A stretch of 64,000 nucleotides of DNA. It comes from Deltaproteobacteria bacterium. GTDB taxonomy: Bacteria > Bdellovibrionota_C > UBA2361 > JAGFJO01. The stretch is from contig JAGFJO010000044.1 of the NCBI GenBank assembly GCA_024102635.1, positions 26,453 through 90,452 on the forward strand. Reading direction: 5' to 3'. The position numbers and the translations under genes were made by a program. Shown piece by piece: positions 40,100 through 50,139 of the stretch. Within the stretch, counting starts at the first letter, position 1. Each line of letters starts with the position of its first letter. Under the pieces are notes generated by a model that did not search any database, was not told the origin of the DNA, and worked only from the letters and a program-made list of their open reading frames with translations.

Positions 40100-41605
40100 T
40101 TAGCAGTTGAATTTATGCCCATTTCTCTTGCACCACTCGGAGAAGTCAGGTAGCGCAAAAAGCTTGGCTAACTTCTCGTCTACCCCGTGATTCACGGCCT
40201 CCTCGAAACGCGTCTCCGAGATCAGCCCCTTCAGCCTAGATAACGCTTCGCGAACTTCTCGCGTGATATTTTGCAGCATCTGTTCTTCAACGCTAAGTTT
40301 CAACTCGGAAATGGCTTGCTTACGTTCAACCAGGTAGCGCGACTCCAGCGTAAAATCGGTTTTGGAGGACGCCTTACCGGAGGATTTTTGTGCTCGCGGT
40401 TCTTTTATATGCTGTGTAGAACTCGCTCCATCCCCTCTCGAGTAACCGCCCATGTCCTCCCCGGGCAGCATAAAGCTTTCAACATTCTCGACCGCCCGGT
40501 ATAGAAACCCGACCGGGCTTCTCTGTACTAGCTTGCTATTCCCGGCTATCAGCTTGTCCACATGCTCTATGACTCTGCGTATCTTGCCCCTAAGCTCAAG
40601 TGATCGCCCAGACACCAGGCGGCGCGCTTGAGGCGCAGAAATGCCTCTATTGATCAGTAATCCTGCGAGCTCACGATCTTCATCGCCAACCGGCTCACTT
40701 GGCGGCAGCAACATCGGCTGCACAGGCCTTCCGCTCTCCTCTTCGGTCGGTTTATCCAAAGAGCGCGGTTTACCGCGTGCAGCATACATCACTATTTCGC
40801 AGTCGCTGCCCTTACCGTAATACTCCACTTTGGAGAGAAAGCCCGTATGTATCAGCTCCTCAAAAGCCGGATCAAGCTGCTGCCGTATCGAACTAGTATA
40901 TTTATAATTCCGGGAAATACCGACCTTTTCATGCGCGAAGCAAAACAAATTCATCTGCACTTTGGCTTTATACCAAAAATGCTTATCCAGAAACCGGTAA
41001 ACCCGCTTTGAAATAGCGCTTTTCAAACTCAAATAAAATTCGAGGTCGAGTTTTTTTATGAACCCGACCTGAAAACTTTTGAAAAGCACTTCACTCCAGA
41101 TGAAAAAACTGCGCTTGTTCTCCCCGTCCCTTCCGTCGTTGATCTCATACCCGTCGATAATGCCGAAATTCTTCGTATGGTGCAGTTTTGTTTCATTGTC
41201 GTAAAAAGCGTTGGTGGCCTTTATTCTAACGCCGCTAAGCCGATCCAAGGCGCGCTGCAGCCGGGTATAACTGCGGCCCTCGGTTGTCCATCTCAAGGTT
41301 TTGAGTATCTCATAGCGAGTAAAATACACCTTTGGATTTCGCATCCCGCTCTCGACGGTTAGCTTCAAAAGACCAAGCAGAACCTCGTCATCCGATGCTG
41401 TCGGTAATCCAAATTTATCGGCCCCGGTAATTATCCATTTTCGATCCACCAGTTCGCCGTTCTTTGTTCGAATATTGTCGCTGAACTCTAGAGTTTTAGT
41501 TTTAGGATTAGAGCGTGTAGATAGAACCGTTAGTGGAAATTCAGCCAAATTCATCTCATCTCTCGAGAGACGTTTCGGCATCTGTGTAAGTATTAACTGA
41601 TCCAT
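40100..41605 (-). CDS. repA: Plasmid-type replication initiator protein RepA (RPA family)
   Basis: N-terminus MDQLILTQMPKRLSRDEMNLAEFPLTVLS, characteristic of the replication initiator protein A family; followed by an iteron array; ATG at 41605. Confidence 0.7.
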   Translation of the reverse strand: MDQLILTQMPKRLSRDEMNLAEFPLTVLSTRSNPKTKTLEFSDNIRTKNGELVDRKWIITGADKFGLPTASDDEVLLGLLKLTVESGMRNPKVYFTRYEILKTLRWTTEGRSYTRLQRALDRLSGVRIKATNAFYDNETKLHHTKNFGIIDGYEINDGRDGENKRSFFIWSEVLFKSFQVGFIKKLDLEFYLSLKSAISKRVYRFLDKHFWYKAKVQMNLFCFAHEKVGISRNYKYTSSIRQQLDPAFEELIHTGFLSKVEYYGKGSDCEIVMYAARGKPRSLDKPTEEESGRPVQPMLLPPSEPVGDEDRELAGLLINRGISAPQARRLVSGRSLELRGKIRRVIEHVDKLIAGNSKLVQRSPVGFLYRAVENVESFMLPGEDMGGYSRGDGASSTQHIKEPRAQKSSGKASSKTDFTLESRYLVERKQAISELKLSVEEQMLQNITREVREALSRLKGLISETRFEEAVNHGVDEKLAKLFALPDFSEWCKRNGHKFNC

Positions 41606-41734
41606 ATTCAAAAACTTGAAAGGAACTTTAACTTACTTTTAGTTAGTTAAACAATCAGTGTTAAGGTTACTAGTTAGATAGTGAGCGGCACTGATTGCAA
41701 AAGATAAGAGATACTTACAACCGCAAATTTCTTT

Positions 41735-42005
41735 CAGATCACGACGATCCTTAGTTCGCATCACGATAAGATCATAACTCGATGCACGATCAAAATTATC
41801 TCAGCGCGCGATTCGATTTATTCTCGTGCTCGATACTTCTGATTCGGAAGCACGAACTGGATTTACGATGGATCACGACACTTACCCGAGCGCACTATAC
41901 TTAATGCTAATAAAACGAATAAAAACAGGTAGTTAGCATAGCCAAGAGCGGGTAATAAGTACAAGGCAGTCTGCGGAAGCAACGATTTACTTGGTGTCAC
42001 GATTC
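41735..42005. promoter_or_regulatory. oriV-like iteron array: at least 7 copies of (A/G)(T/C)CACGA at 22-23 bp spacing, one inverted, in an AT-rich region
   Basis: Core hexamers at 41739, 41761, 41784, 41824 (inverted), 41850, 41873 and 41997, read directly from the sequence. Confidence 0.5.
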
Positions 42006-42160
42006 GACGTCTGCTCTTCTCTGCCCCTCTCTCACTTAAAGAAGGTTCCTAAGTGCTACTATTTTTTTCTAACTGTGGCTATTCCTGACTTTAATCTGGA
42101 TCTCCATACCCTTTTCTGCAAAATTACTTATCTCAGTGCACGTATCTTTTGGGGGTTCAG

Positions 42161-42949
42161 GTGGCAACAGTAATCGGAGTAGTGAATCAGAAAGGTGGAG
42201 TTGGAAAAACTACTACAACGGTTAATCTAGGTGCGGCACTTGCGAAGCATGGCAAGCGAACCTTACTCATAGATATCGACGCTCAAAGCAATCTAACGAC
42301 TCATCTTGGCCTTGGGCCGAAAGAAGATGCAGAAGCGGTAGAGAAGCCTTTAATACCAGAGTTCACTATTTACGACGTTCTGAAAGGCAACAAAGAGCTC
42401 AAGGATGTGGTTATACATAGAAGCGATAATCTCGATGTGGTCCCTTCTAGCCTGTTTTTGAGTGCTGCAGATCTAGAGCTTGGCGGAGTGGTCGGAAGGG
42501 AGCTTATCTTGAGGCGGGCCCTAGCTTCTGTAATGGATAGCTACGACTTTGTACTTATTGATTGTCCCCCTGCCCTTGGTCTTCTCTCGCTTAACGCGCT
42601 TGCGGCAGTAAACCGCGTCGTCATTCCTGTCCAGAGTGAGTACTTAGCGCTTCACGGAGTCCGTCAACTACTGGATACTATTGATCAGGTTAGAGGCATA
42701 TATAATCCTGCACTTGTTGTCGGGGGAGTTCTTATCTGCCTTCACGATAACCGCAAGCGATTGGCGCGAGCAGTGTCAGATACTATACGCGCCTATTTCG
42801 GCGATCTGGTCTTTGATACTGTAATCCGATCAAATGTGGCACTAGCTGAGGCGCCCGCAAGTGGGCAAACTATATTCGAATATTCGCTGAAGTCTTCTGG
42901 TGCAGAGGATTATGAGGCGCTCGTAAAGGAGATTTTGGAAGATGTCTAA
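42161..42949 (+). CDS. parA: ParA-family partition ATPase
   Basis: VIGVVNQKGGVGKTTT deviant Walker A; GTG start at 42161 with a GGGGG RBS (the track TTG at 42149 is also possible). Confidence 0.85.
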   Translation: MATVIGVVNQKGGVGKTTTTVNLGAALAKHGKRTLLIDIDAQSNLTTHLGLGPKEDAEAVEKPLIPEFTIYDVLKGNKELKDVVIHRSDNLDVVPSSLFLSAADLELGGVVGRELILRRALASVMDSYDFVLIDCPPALGLLSLNALAAVNRVVIPVQSEYLALHGVRQLLDTIDQVRGIYNPALVVGGVLICLHDNRKRLARAVSDTIRAYFGDLVFDTVIRSNVALAEAPASGQTIFEYSLKSSGAEDYEALVKEILEDV

Positions 42950-43808
42950 AAGAAAACTGGTATTAGCGAATAATCCCCTACTTTCCGGTCCCGCGCTCGG
43001 TGAACGCGAACGAATCGGCATTCCCTACCGCCAACTTGCTTTGAATGCAATTGAACGAGATCCAAACCAGCCTCGAGTACACTTTGATGAAGATAGACTG
43101 CAGGAGCTGGCCTCGTCCATTCGGACCTATGGTATTCTGAGCCCCCTTCTCGTGCGGCCGTCAAAAGTAGCAGGCAAGTATATTCTTATCTCCGGCGAGC
43201 GGCGGATGAGAGCGGCTCAACTTGTCGGACTGGCCACTGTACCTGCGCTGATTGATCAAACCGAGGTCGAATCGGGCGAGAGAACTCTAGCAATGCAGCT
43301 GGTTGAAAATCTTCAGCGGGCAGATCTAAGTCCATTGGAGCGGGCGCATGCAATTGGCGCACTAAAGGAGAGCTATTCTCTCAGTATTCGAGAAGTTGCT
43401 GATAGATTGGGAGTATCAAAAGGAATGGTTCAGAGGAGCTTGGATATCTTGGAGCTTCCTGATGATCTGCTAAATGCATTGAGAGAGGGTGCTTCCGAGT
43501 CTAAGATCCTTCTACTTTCCAAGATTGAGAATGAGGAGATACGCGCCAGCTACTTAAAGGATCTGGATGTACTTACGCGCAATCAGTTAAAAAAAGACAT
43601 TGAGAAGAGCTCTACAGAGAGCGAAGAGAGCACGAACGCACTCAGCCCCGAAGACCACCGAATTGCCGATGAAATTCGAAGAGCACTCGGCACAAAGGTT
43701 AGAATGTTTCGGCCGAAACCTGATTCTGAAGGTGGACGAATTACCATCGACTTTTATACCAACGAGGACCTACAGGTAATATTCCGAAGGCTAGTGGCTG
43801 AGGGGTAG
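42942..43808 (+). CDS. parB: ParB/Spo0J-family partition protein
   Basis: ILISGERRMRAAQLVG ParB box and HTH; overlaps the parA stop. Confidence 0.85.
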   Translation: MSKRKLVLANNPLLSGPALGERERIGIPYRQLALNAIERDPNQPRVHFDEDRLQELASSIRTYGILSPLLVRPSKVAGKYILISGERRMRAAQLVGLATVPALIDQTEVESGERTLAMQLVENLQRADLSPLERAHAIGALKESYSLSIREVADRLGVSKGMVQRSLDILELPDDLLNALREGASESKILLLSKIENEEIRASYLKDLDVLTRNQLKKDIEKSSTESEESTNALSPEDHRIADEIRRALGTKVRMFRPKPDSEGGRITIDFYTNEDLQVIFRRLVAEG

Positions 43809-43871
43809 ACCATTTCCATATCCCGGCACCATAGGTGTGAAGTCGAATGGGGTGCCTGCCACTATTCTGAT

Positions 43872-44090
43872 GGACTCGCTTCATTCGATACGGGCGCAAT
43901 TCGCCCTTACTCCCCTCGACTCGCTTCGCTCGCTCAAGACAGGTCTTTCGACAAGCTCAGGAACAGTCCTTCGACTCGCATTGCTCGCTCAAGACAAGAC
44001 CTTCGACAAGCTCAGGAACAGTCCTTCGACTCGCTTCGCTCGCTCAAGACAGGTCTTTCGACTCGCTTCGCTCGCTCAAGACAGGCTGTA
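43872..44090. repeat. Tandem direct repeats (32-bp unit x4 interleaved with a 23-bp unit x2) downstream of parB; candidate centromere
   Basis: TCGACTCGCTTCGCTCGCTCAAGACAGGTCTT at 43916, 43971 (variant), 44026 and 44058; TCGACAAGCTCAGGAACAGTCCT at 43948 and 44003. Confidence 0.6.
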
Positions 44091-44207
44091 CCACCGAGGT
44101 ACACTTTTAGGCTGAAAAAATTCGACCGGTTTAAGTTGCAATTTCTCGCTCTTTCGTGAAAGCTCGTGAAGTGTACCGCCGCGGTACACAACCACTTCAA
44201 ATCGAAT

Positions 44208-45527
44208 ATGGAAGCTTCTAGCCCTACTGAGGGTCTTTTATACCTAAAGCAATTGGGAACCTGGAATGGCCGCTCGCAGTTCAAGTTGGATTCATTGCGC
44301 ATGGTGATGCGTGAACTTGGAGATCCTCAGGACCGAATCAAATCTGTAATTGTAGGCGGTACCAACGGCAAAGGATCTGTGTCTGCCGCGTTAGCAGCGA
44401 TATTAGGGCAGGGGGGTAGTAGAGTTGGGCTGAACATATCTCCCCACCTAACTTCAGTTGAAGAAAGGATAGTAATCGATGGCGTGGCCGTATCGAGTGA
44501 TGACCTAAATCGAGCTGCAATAATCATTCGTGATACGGCGAAAGCGGTTGGGACATTCCTGAGCTTTCATGAAGCAATAACCGCGACGGCCTATCTGCTA
44601 ATGCATGATCTTAATTGTGAATGGGGAGTTTTTGAGGTTGGAGTGGGGGGAAGGCTTGACGCAGCCAATATTATTCGGAATCCGGAGGCCTCGGTGATTG
44701 TTTCGGTCGGGCTCGATCATCAGCTTCTATTGGGTGACACCATATCCAAAATTGCGCGCGAGAAGGCCGGCATAATGCGGGAAAATACGCCCGTTATTAC
44801 GGGACAAATGCAGCCAGAGGCCGAAAAGGAGCTCTCTGAGTGCGCATTGAGTGTGGGGGCTCGGAGGTATTCATATGGTCGAGACTACTCGGTTATGCTC
44901 GAGTCCCACGAGATTCCTTATTTCAGATCACGAGAGTGGGGTGATGTGGCGCTCGCCCCGTCATTAGTAGGCGAGCATCAGATACATAATATGTCAGTTG
45001 CCATCTGCGCCGGACGTGTACTCGGTAGTTCGATTGGAAACTGCTCGGGCGGCGTTTCATCGGTTCACTGGCCTGCCAGACTGGAGCGGGTCAGTTACCA
45101 TGGTAGGGAGATACTTTTAGACTGTGCTCACAACGTACCGGGAGTAGAAGCACTGTGTCATTACCTTCGATCAAGAAAGTTATTTAATATTACCTGTATC
45201 TTCGGCGCTATTAAGACTAAGGAGTGGCGGGAGATGGCTACCCGTTTAGCGCCATATGTTTCTCGCTGGTTGCTACTAGAGCCAGTATCTGAGCATGCTG
45301 TAAGTTGTTTGGAGCTTTCAAAATTTCTTTCTGGATTCGACGCGAAGCAGGAGGTGTTCGGCGGTGATTATGAGCGGTTACTTGCAAAGGTGGCGGGAGA
45401 GAAGGGGAGTGGGGGCATAGTGGCCACAGGATCTATTTATATGATAGGAGGACTTAGAGCGTTAATTGTTCCAAATGATCGTCCCTTATGGCACCGTATT
45501 CCCTTTAAAAGGACTGCAAATAGTTAA
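44208..45527 (+). CDS. folC: Bifunctional folylpolyglutamate synthase/dihydrofolate synthase
   Basis: Mur-ligase P-loop VIVGGTNGKGS; ATG at 44208. Confidence 0.8.
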   Translation: MEASSPTEGLLYLKQLGTWNGRSQFKLDSLRMVMRELGDPQDRIKSVIVGGTNGKGSVSAALAAILGQGGSRVGLNISPHLTSVEERIVIDGVAVSSDDLNRAAIIIRDTAKAVGTFLSFHEAITATAYLLMHDLNCEWGVFEVGVGGRLDAANIIRNPEASVIVSVGLDHQLLLGDTISKIAREKAGIMRENTPVITGQMQPEAEKELSECALSVGARRYSYGRDYSVMLESHEIPYFRSREWGDVALAPSLVGEHQIHNMSVAICAGRVLGSSIGNCSGGVSSVHWPARLERVSYHGREILLDCAHNVPGVEALCHYLRSRKLFNITCIFGAIKTKEWREMATRLAPYVSRWLLLEPVSEHAVSCLELSKFLSGFDAKQEVFGGDYERLLAKVAGEKGSGGIVATGSIYMIGGLRALIVPNDRPLWHRIPFKRTANS

Positions 45528-45554
45528 TATTAACGAATCTAGATTCATAGTTTT

Positions 45555-46430
45555 ATGGGAAATGCCGCAGAGATTGTTTCCGAGCTCGATAGTGCTTCCT
45601 ACTGCTCACTAATCGATCGCCATTTAAGTGCTATTCTAGAGGCCGACTCGGCCGTTTCGCCGCTGAAGGACGCGATGCGTTATGCTGTGCTTGCTCCCGG
45701 CAAGCGTTTTAGGCCACTCATTGCAACACTGCTTTATCAGGACTTGGGTGGACTTGAGCTTGATAAAATGGCCCGACTTGCATGCTCTTTGGAGCTCCTC
45801 CATGCAGCTTCGCTGGTTCACGATGATCTGCCGGCGATTGATAACGATGACATGCGGCGGGGACAACAGTCCTGTCACGTAGCGTTTAGCGAGGCCACGG
45901 CCATACTCGCAGGTGACTACCTGGCATCACTTGCTTTCAGAAATGCAGCAGAGGCAGAGTTTTCTACTGATGCCCGGCTCGCAGTTTGCCGCACGGTGGC
46001 AGAGTGCTACATGAAACTGTGCAGCGGACAGCAGCTTGATATCCTGAAAAGTGAGGCAGATTTTGACCAAGTGGCGCGCCTTAAGACCGGGGCATTGTTT
46101 AGTGCCGCTATGTCGATACCGTGCAGCTGCCTTCAGTTGCGATTGGACCATATTGCCGCGGCTGAAAAGGCGGGCTCGGATCTTGGGGTCCTTTTTCAAA
46201 TAGCAGATGACTTCAGTGATCAGCACACACGGGATCACCGCAGTGCGGATGTACACGCGGGAATCAGCGCTGAACTGGTTCATAGTGAAAAGTGGGTTGT
46301 AGCGAGGGATAGGTTTAATCTCGCGCTCGGTGCGCTAGAGCGTCACGCCGCGTCTCTTACTTCTGGATTACACCGATTAAGAGCGATAATTGATAGTTTG
46401 CTGCCCGGCTCGATTGCAATGCCGGCCTAG
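45555..46430 (+). CDS. ispA: Polyprenyl diphosphate synthase (farnesyl/geranyl transferase)
   Basis: Two DDxxD motifs, LVHDDLPAIDNDDMRRG and FQIADDFSD. Confidence 0.8.
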   Translation: MGNAAEIVSELDSASYCSLIDRHLSAILEADSAVSPLKDAMRYAVLAPGKRFRPLIATLLYQDLGGLELDKMARLACSLELLHAASLVHDDLPAIDNDDMRRGQQSCHVAFSEATAILAGDYLASLAFRNAAEAEFSTDARLAVCRTVAECYMKLCSGQQLDILKSEADFDQVARLKTGALFSAAMSIPCSCLQLRLDHIAAAEKAGSDLGVLFQIADDFSDQHTRDHRSADVHAGISAELVHSEKWVVARDRFNLALGALERHAASLTSGLHRLRAIIDSLLPGSIAMPA

Positions 46431-46447
46431 CTATCTTATTGAAATAA

Positions 46448-46765
46448 CTATTTAAATTGATAAAGATAGCGCTTAAGGTCTATGACTGCTCCCCGTCCTA
46501 TGGGGATGCCTTCTTGTTTTAGCATCTCTACTTTTTTGGCGGTGCCTAGGGCGTAGCCTCCAATCTCCCCGCTGGAGCGCACAACCCGGTGGCACGGAAC
46601 GGCGGGTGCGTTGGGGTTTCTGTTCATTGCATTGCCCACAGCTCTGTAGGCCTTGCTTCGAAGTTTACGGGCAATCAATGCGTAAGTCGTTACCTTGCCC
46701 TTCGGAATCTGACGAAGAAGTTCGTAGCACTTTTGATCAAAGGATTTCTTACTCACAACTATCAA
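46448..46765 (-). CDS. MGMT-family methylated-DNA-protein-cysteine methyltransferase, DNA-binding/active-site domain only
   Basis: PCHRVVRSSGEIGGY active-site motif; only 105 aa. Confidence 0.7.
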   Translation of the reverse strand: MIVVSKKSFDQKCYELLRQIPKGKVTTYALIARKLRSKAYRAVGNAMNRNPNAPAVPCHRVVRSSGEIGGYALGTAKKVEMLKQEGIPIGRGAVIDLKRYLYQFK

Positions 46766-46806
46766 TGCATAATTCGAAAAATAATCAGTACAGAAGAGGT
46801 ATCATA

Positions 46807-47607
46807 ATGCAACTGAAGATAGAAGCGGAAACTGTTTCCTTACTGGAGGAGCTCGCTCGAACAGCCGGAGCAAAGCTGCTTGAATACTGGCCGGGCAATC
46901 CACAGCATAATGGTTCTCTGGCTGTCACTGATAAGGCTGACGGCTCGCCAGTAACAGCAGCAGACCTTGCATCGAATAGTATAATTATAGAGGGCTTGAG
47001 AAAACTTTTTCCCGACTTCGGCATACTTTCAGAGGAGATCCCTGATCGGGGAGATCTCGAGTCGAAAAATTGCGTATGGATAATTGATCCTCTGGACGGC
47101 ACACGATCTTTTGTAAAAGGTTATGATGACTTCTCGGTCTTAATGGGACTTACGATAGAAGGGAGTCCGAGATTCGGCATTATGTACTTTCCGGCTCGCA
47201 ACGTAATGGCGATAGCGGAAAAGGGTAAGGGCACGCTTATCAATGGAGTGCGAGGAGAGGTATCAAAGGCGCAGGATTTGCGGTCGGGGTCCCTTTACTA
47301 CCGCAATTTATCTCTGCCCGATGCCGACTACCTCCATAAAGAATGGATGGATTCCGGCATGGCATTTTTAGCTCTCTGTCGCGGAGAGCTTGATGGAGTG
47401 GTTATCCGTATGACAGCGCATAAGGAGTGGGATATAGCAGCACCGATAGTCGTAGTGGAGGAGAGCGGCGGCCAAGTGAGCGACGAAAACGGAGAACCGA
47501 TCACGTTTAGTAAAAGCGAGATGAATTTTAAGTATCTTGTTGCCTCTAATGGATTAGTGCATGAACGGCTTTTAGAGCTTATAGAGGCAGCCGAGGCGGC
47601 TAGTTGA
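46807..47607 (+). CDS. Inositol monophosphatase family / 3'(2'),5'-bisphosphate nucleotidase CysQ-like
   Basis: WIIDPLDGTRSFVKG motif; ATG at 46807. Confidence 0.75.
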   Translation: MQLKIEAETVSLLEELARTAGAKLLEYWPGNPQHNGSLAVTDKADGSPVTAADLASNSIIIEGLRKLFPDFGILSEEIPDRGDLESKNCVWIIDPLDGTRSFVKGYDDFSVLMGLTIEGSPRFGIMYFPARNVMAIAEKGKGTLINGVRGEVSKAQDLRSGSLYYRNLSLPDADYLHKEWMDSGMAFLALCRGELDGVVIRMTAHKEWDIAAPIVVVEESGGQVSDENGEPITFSKSEMNFKYLVASNGLVHERLLELIEAAEAAS

Positions 47608-47629
47608 ATTTCAAGAGATCATTCGCCTT

Positions 47630-48466
47630 TTATGGCCCGTGCCATAACTGCATATCCTGGGCGGAGGACTCTGCTTGAAGCTTCACGTACTCCGCATACT
47701 GACCGGGAGCCAAGATCTCCTTCAACTTTTCGCTCAGTAGGTTATCACGCAGCTGAGATTCGGTGAGAATTTTATTTAATATGAGCTGACGGCCCGCAAG
47801 CTCTCGAGGGACGTTTGTAAACAGCTCCTGCATCTTTCGGTTAACCTCTTCATCGGTTGCAGAGTATGCGTTTCGCAGCATTGATTCCTGCTGCTCAGTC
47901 AGCTGAAGCTTCCTTGCAAAGTACAAGATCTCCTTCTCGATTGATTCACTCTTGGCCCGTTCAAATGATTTTCTGCGGAGATCCCTGTAAAACTTTGCGT
48001 TTCCCTCTCCGATGATCTCCTCCAATGTTTCTCCTGCCTTCTGGCCTGAAAGTTCCAGCTCAAATTTGCTTCGCAGCCGCTCACGTTGCGCATCGGTAAG
48101 GCTAAACATCTTCTGCATAGCATTAATTCTGGAGTCTGCTACCAGCCGTCTATTAGCTTCTGCCATGCCGCTTTCAGCTGGACGATCATCGGGTTTGACC
48201 GGTTTCGGTCGCTTAGAGACGGCCGATGACTCGGGCGGGGTGGTGGTGGTGATGGCTGCTGCCCGTGACGTCTCAATAGCGCTCAGCCTGCTTACCTCGC
48301 TTCTCGAGGCCGCCAATGCTGCCTCTACCTGTTCAAGTCGTTTGGAAAGATCATCGGCCCGAGTTCGTTGCTCGCCGGTTCGGCGATATTGCTTCTTCAG
48401 CTCATAAGAAAGCACTGCTATTAAGCATGCAAATAGGACGATGATAACTTTACTTTTCATATTCAC
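47630..48466 (-). CDS. Periplasmic LTXXQ-motif (Spy/CpxP-like) coiled-coil protein
   Basis: Signal peptide; LTDAQRERL and LQLTEQQESML motifs. Confidence 0.5.
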   Translation of the reverse strand: MNMKSKVIIVLFACLIAVLSYELKKQYRRTGEQRTRADDLSKRLEQVEAALAASRSEVSRLSAIETSRAAAITTTTPPESSAVSKRPKPVKPDDRPAESGMAEANRRLVADSRINAMQKMFSLTDAQRERLRSKFELELSGQKAGETLEEIIGEGNAKFYRDLRRKSFERAKSESIEKEILYFARKLQLTEQQESMLRNAYSATDEEVNRKMQELFTNVPRELAGRQLILNKILTESQLRDNLLSEKLKEILAPGQYAEYVKLQAESSAQDMQLWHGP

Positions 48467-48626
48467 TCATAGCACCTACCAAGATTGTAGGGGTGATGAC
48501 AATTATATTATGTTATAGTGCTATAAAGATCATCCCAAGCGGCAAACGGTTACGAGGCTGCTGCTGGTGGTGGGTTTTTCTACCATATCTTTAGATGGCT
48601 CTCTCACCATAGCTGGTAGGATTTGA

Positions 48627-50057
48627 ATGCGGCGAATCACGATATTGCTTCTAATGCTGGCGGTTCTATGCGCGCTGTTTTTTGTCAGCATGCCCGGACG
48701 CCGCCAGACAGCTAAACCGGTTGCAGGCTCAGCGGCCTCGCAGGAGGGCGCTGCTCAGTCCGCAAAAGAAGGTGCACTGAATGTTAGAAGCGCAAAAGTT
48801 CGGGAATCCGAGCCGGGCTTCACTCTGGATGAGCTTTTAAATTTACCTACTCAGGGTGCTGGTGAGCAGGCCAGTGATGAAATCGAAAGAGGCGGTGGCC
48901 GAGCCCAATCTCAGACCGTTAGAGCACGAGCTTTAGAGAGTGGGGGGCAGTCCGGTTATTCATCAAGTTCGGGTGATTCCTCAGGGGCCGGCTATTCGAG
49001 TTCACCGGCAATAGAGGCGCTACGCGAAATCGAGGAGAGCGCCAGTGCCTCGCGAGGCACCTTTTTAGGAGGGGTCCGAGTTAGCGGGTCTCCAACCCTT
49101 GCTCAGGAGGTTATCGAAGATGAACCTGAGGTGTTTCCCACCGCAACTCCGACGGCCGAGCTGGTCAGGGTAGGGGGTCAGGCCAGGGGATACACGATGC
49201 TTTATTTGATGCACCCTAAAGCGCGTGCGACTGTTGAGAAGCAGATAGAAATCCTCCTTAAGGCCCAAGTTCAAGATGTTTATTTGGGGGTGCTGACCGA
49301 CGGGACTTTCTCAAAAGACTTCAACTATCTTTCCGACGTGATTCGGCGCCTCTCTCGCGCAAACAGATCGGTAACTCTGGTTGTATACCTGACTAATGGC
49401 GCCACGATGCGAGCCTTTGATAGTAATATTAGCACTGAGGGATTTAATAGCATTGACCCCACCGAGTTTCGCAGCTTGATACGGTTTGACGCGGGCATCC
49501 GCGATCGATTTGTGCGTCTTATAAGACCGGTGATTCCCGCATTAGCTCTAAATAGAAGATTGAACGAGCGCAGCCGTAATCATGTAATCGTGATGCTCGA
49601 GGACAACCTTGATGATGAATCATATCTCGCGATGCGCCGGCTGGCAGAGTCAGTGATAGGGAACCGGGCGAGTTTCATTCGCAACCCGTGTCCTGGCTGC
49701 TGGGAGGGAAATACGCTGAACCCCTTTGGAGATGGACTGGAGCTGCACCGGCCGGAGGAGATCGACAGTTTAAATACCCGAGACGGCTTTTCACTCGATG
49801 GCTATGGCTACTCTCTTGCGAGCGGTTCGGAAGCGGATGGCGCGCCGCTCTCCTATGAAGAAACCCGCCAGCTTATGATTAGAGCCGCAAGCCGAGGATT
49901 GAGATACTTCGGGCTGTGGCGCTTTGAACGGCAGGGACTTAGACTTGGGCAGCCGGTTATACCGCCGGATGAGAGAGAGTTTGAAGTGCCAAGTGATGCC
50001 GATGTTGCTTTAGAGATAGAGCTTCTTCGTTCAGGCTTGGCGCCCGTTGAAAACTAG
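48627..50057 (+). CDS. Secreted hypothetical protein with Ser/Gly-rich N-terminal region
   Basis: Signal peptide MRRITILLLMLAVLCALFFVS; alternating strand pattern consistent with a barrel fold; no family recognised. Confidence 0.4.
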   Translation: MRRITILLLMLAVLCALFFVSMPGRRQTAKPVAGSAASQEGAAQSAKEGALNVRSAKVRESEPGFTLDELLNLPTQGAGEQASDEIERGGGRAQSQTVRARALESGGQSGYSSSSGDSSGAGYSSSPAIEALREIEESASASRGTFLGGVRVSGSPTLAQEVIEDEPEVFPTATPTAELVRVGGQARGYTMLYLMHPKARATVEKQIEILLKAQVQDVYLGVLTDGTFSKDFNYLSDVIRRLSRANRSVTLVVYLTNGATMRAFDSNISTEGFNSIDPTEFRSLIRFDAGIRDRFVRLIRPVIPALALNRRLNERSRNHVIVMLEDNLDDESYLAMRRLAESVIGNRASFIRNPCPGCWEGNTLNPFGDGLELHRPEEIDSLNTRDGFSLDGYGYSLASGSEADGAPLSYEETRQLMIRAASRGLRYFGLWRFERQGLRLGQPVIPPDEREFEVPSDADVALEIELLRSGLAPVEN

Positions 50058-50139
50058 AACGATTCTCAATAGGAATCCCTTAGTAAGGGACAAATTAACG
50101 TTAGCCAAAGCGCTAATGTTCTGAGTGGCAGGAGAGACG

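Noticed and set aside
43872-44090. Repeat array considered as a CRISPR locus
   Set aside because: The segments between the 32-bp repeats are themselves identical 23-bp repeats, not unique spacers. The array sits directly after parB with no cas genes, so it fits a centromere-like iterated site.
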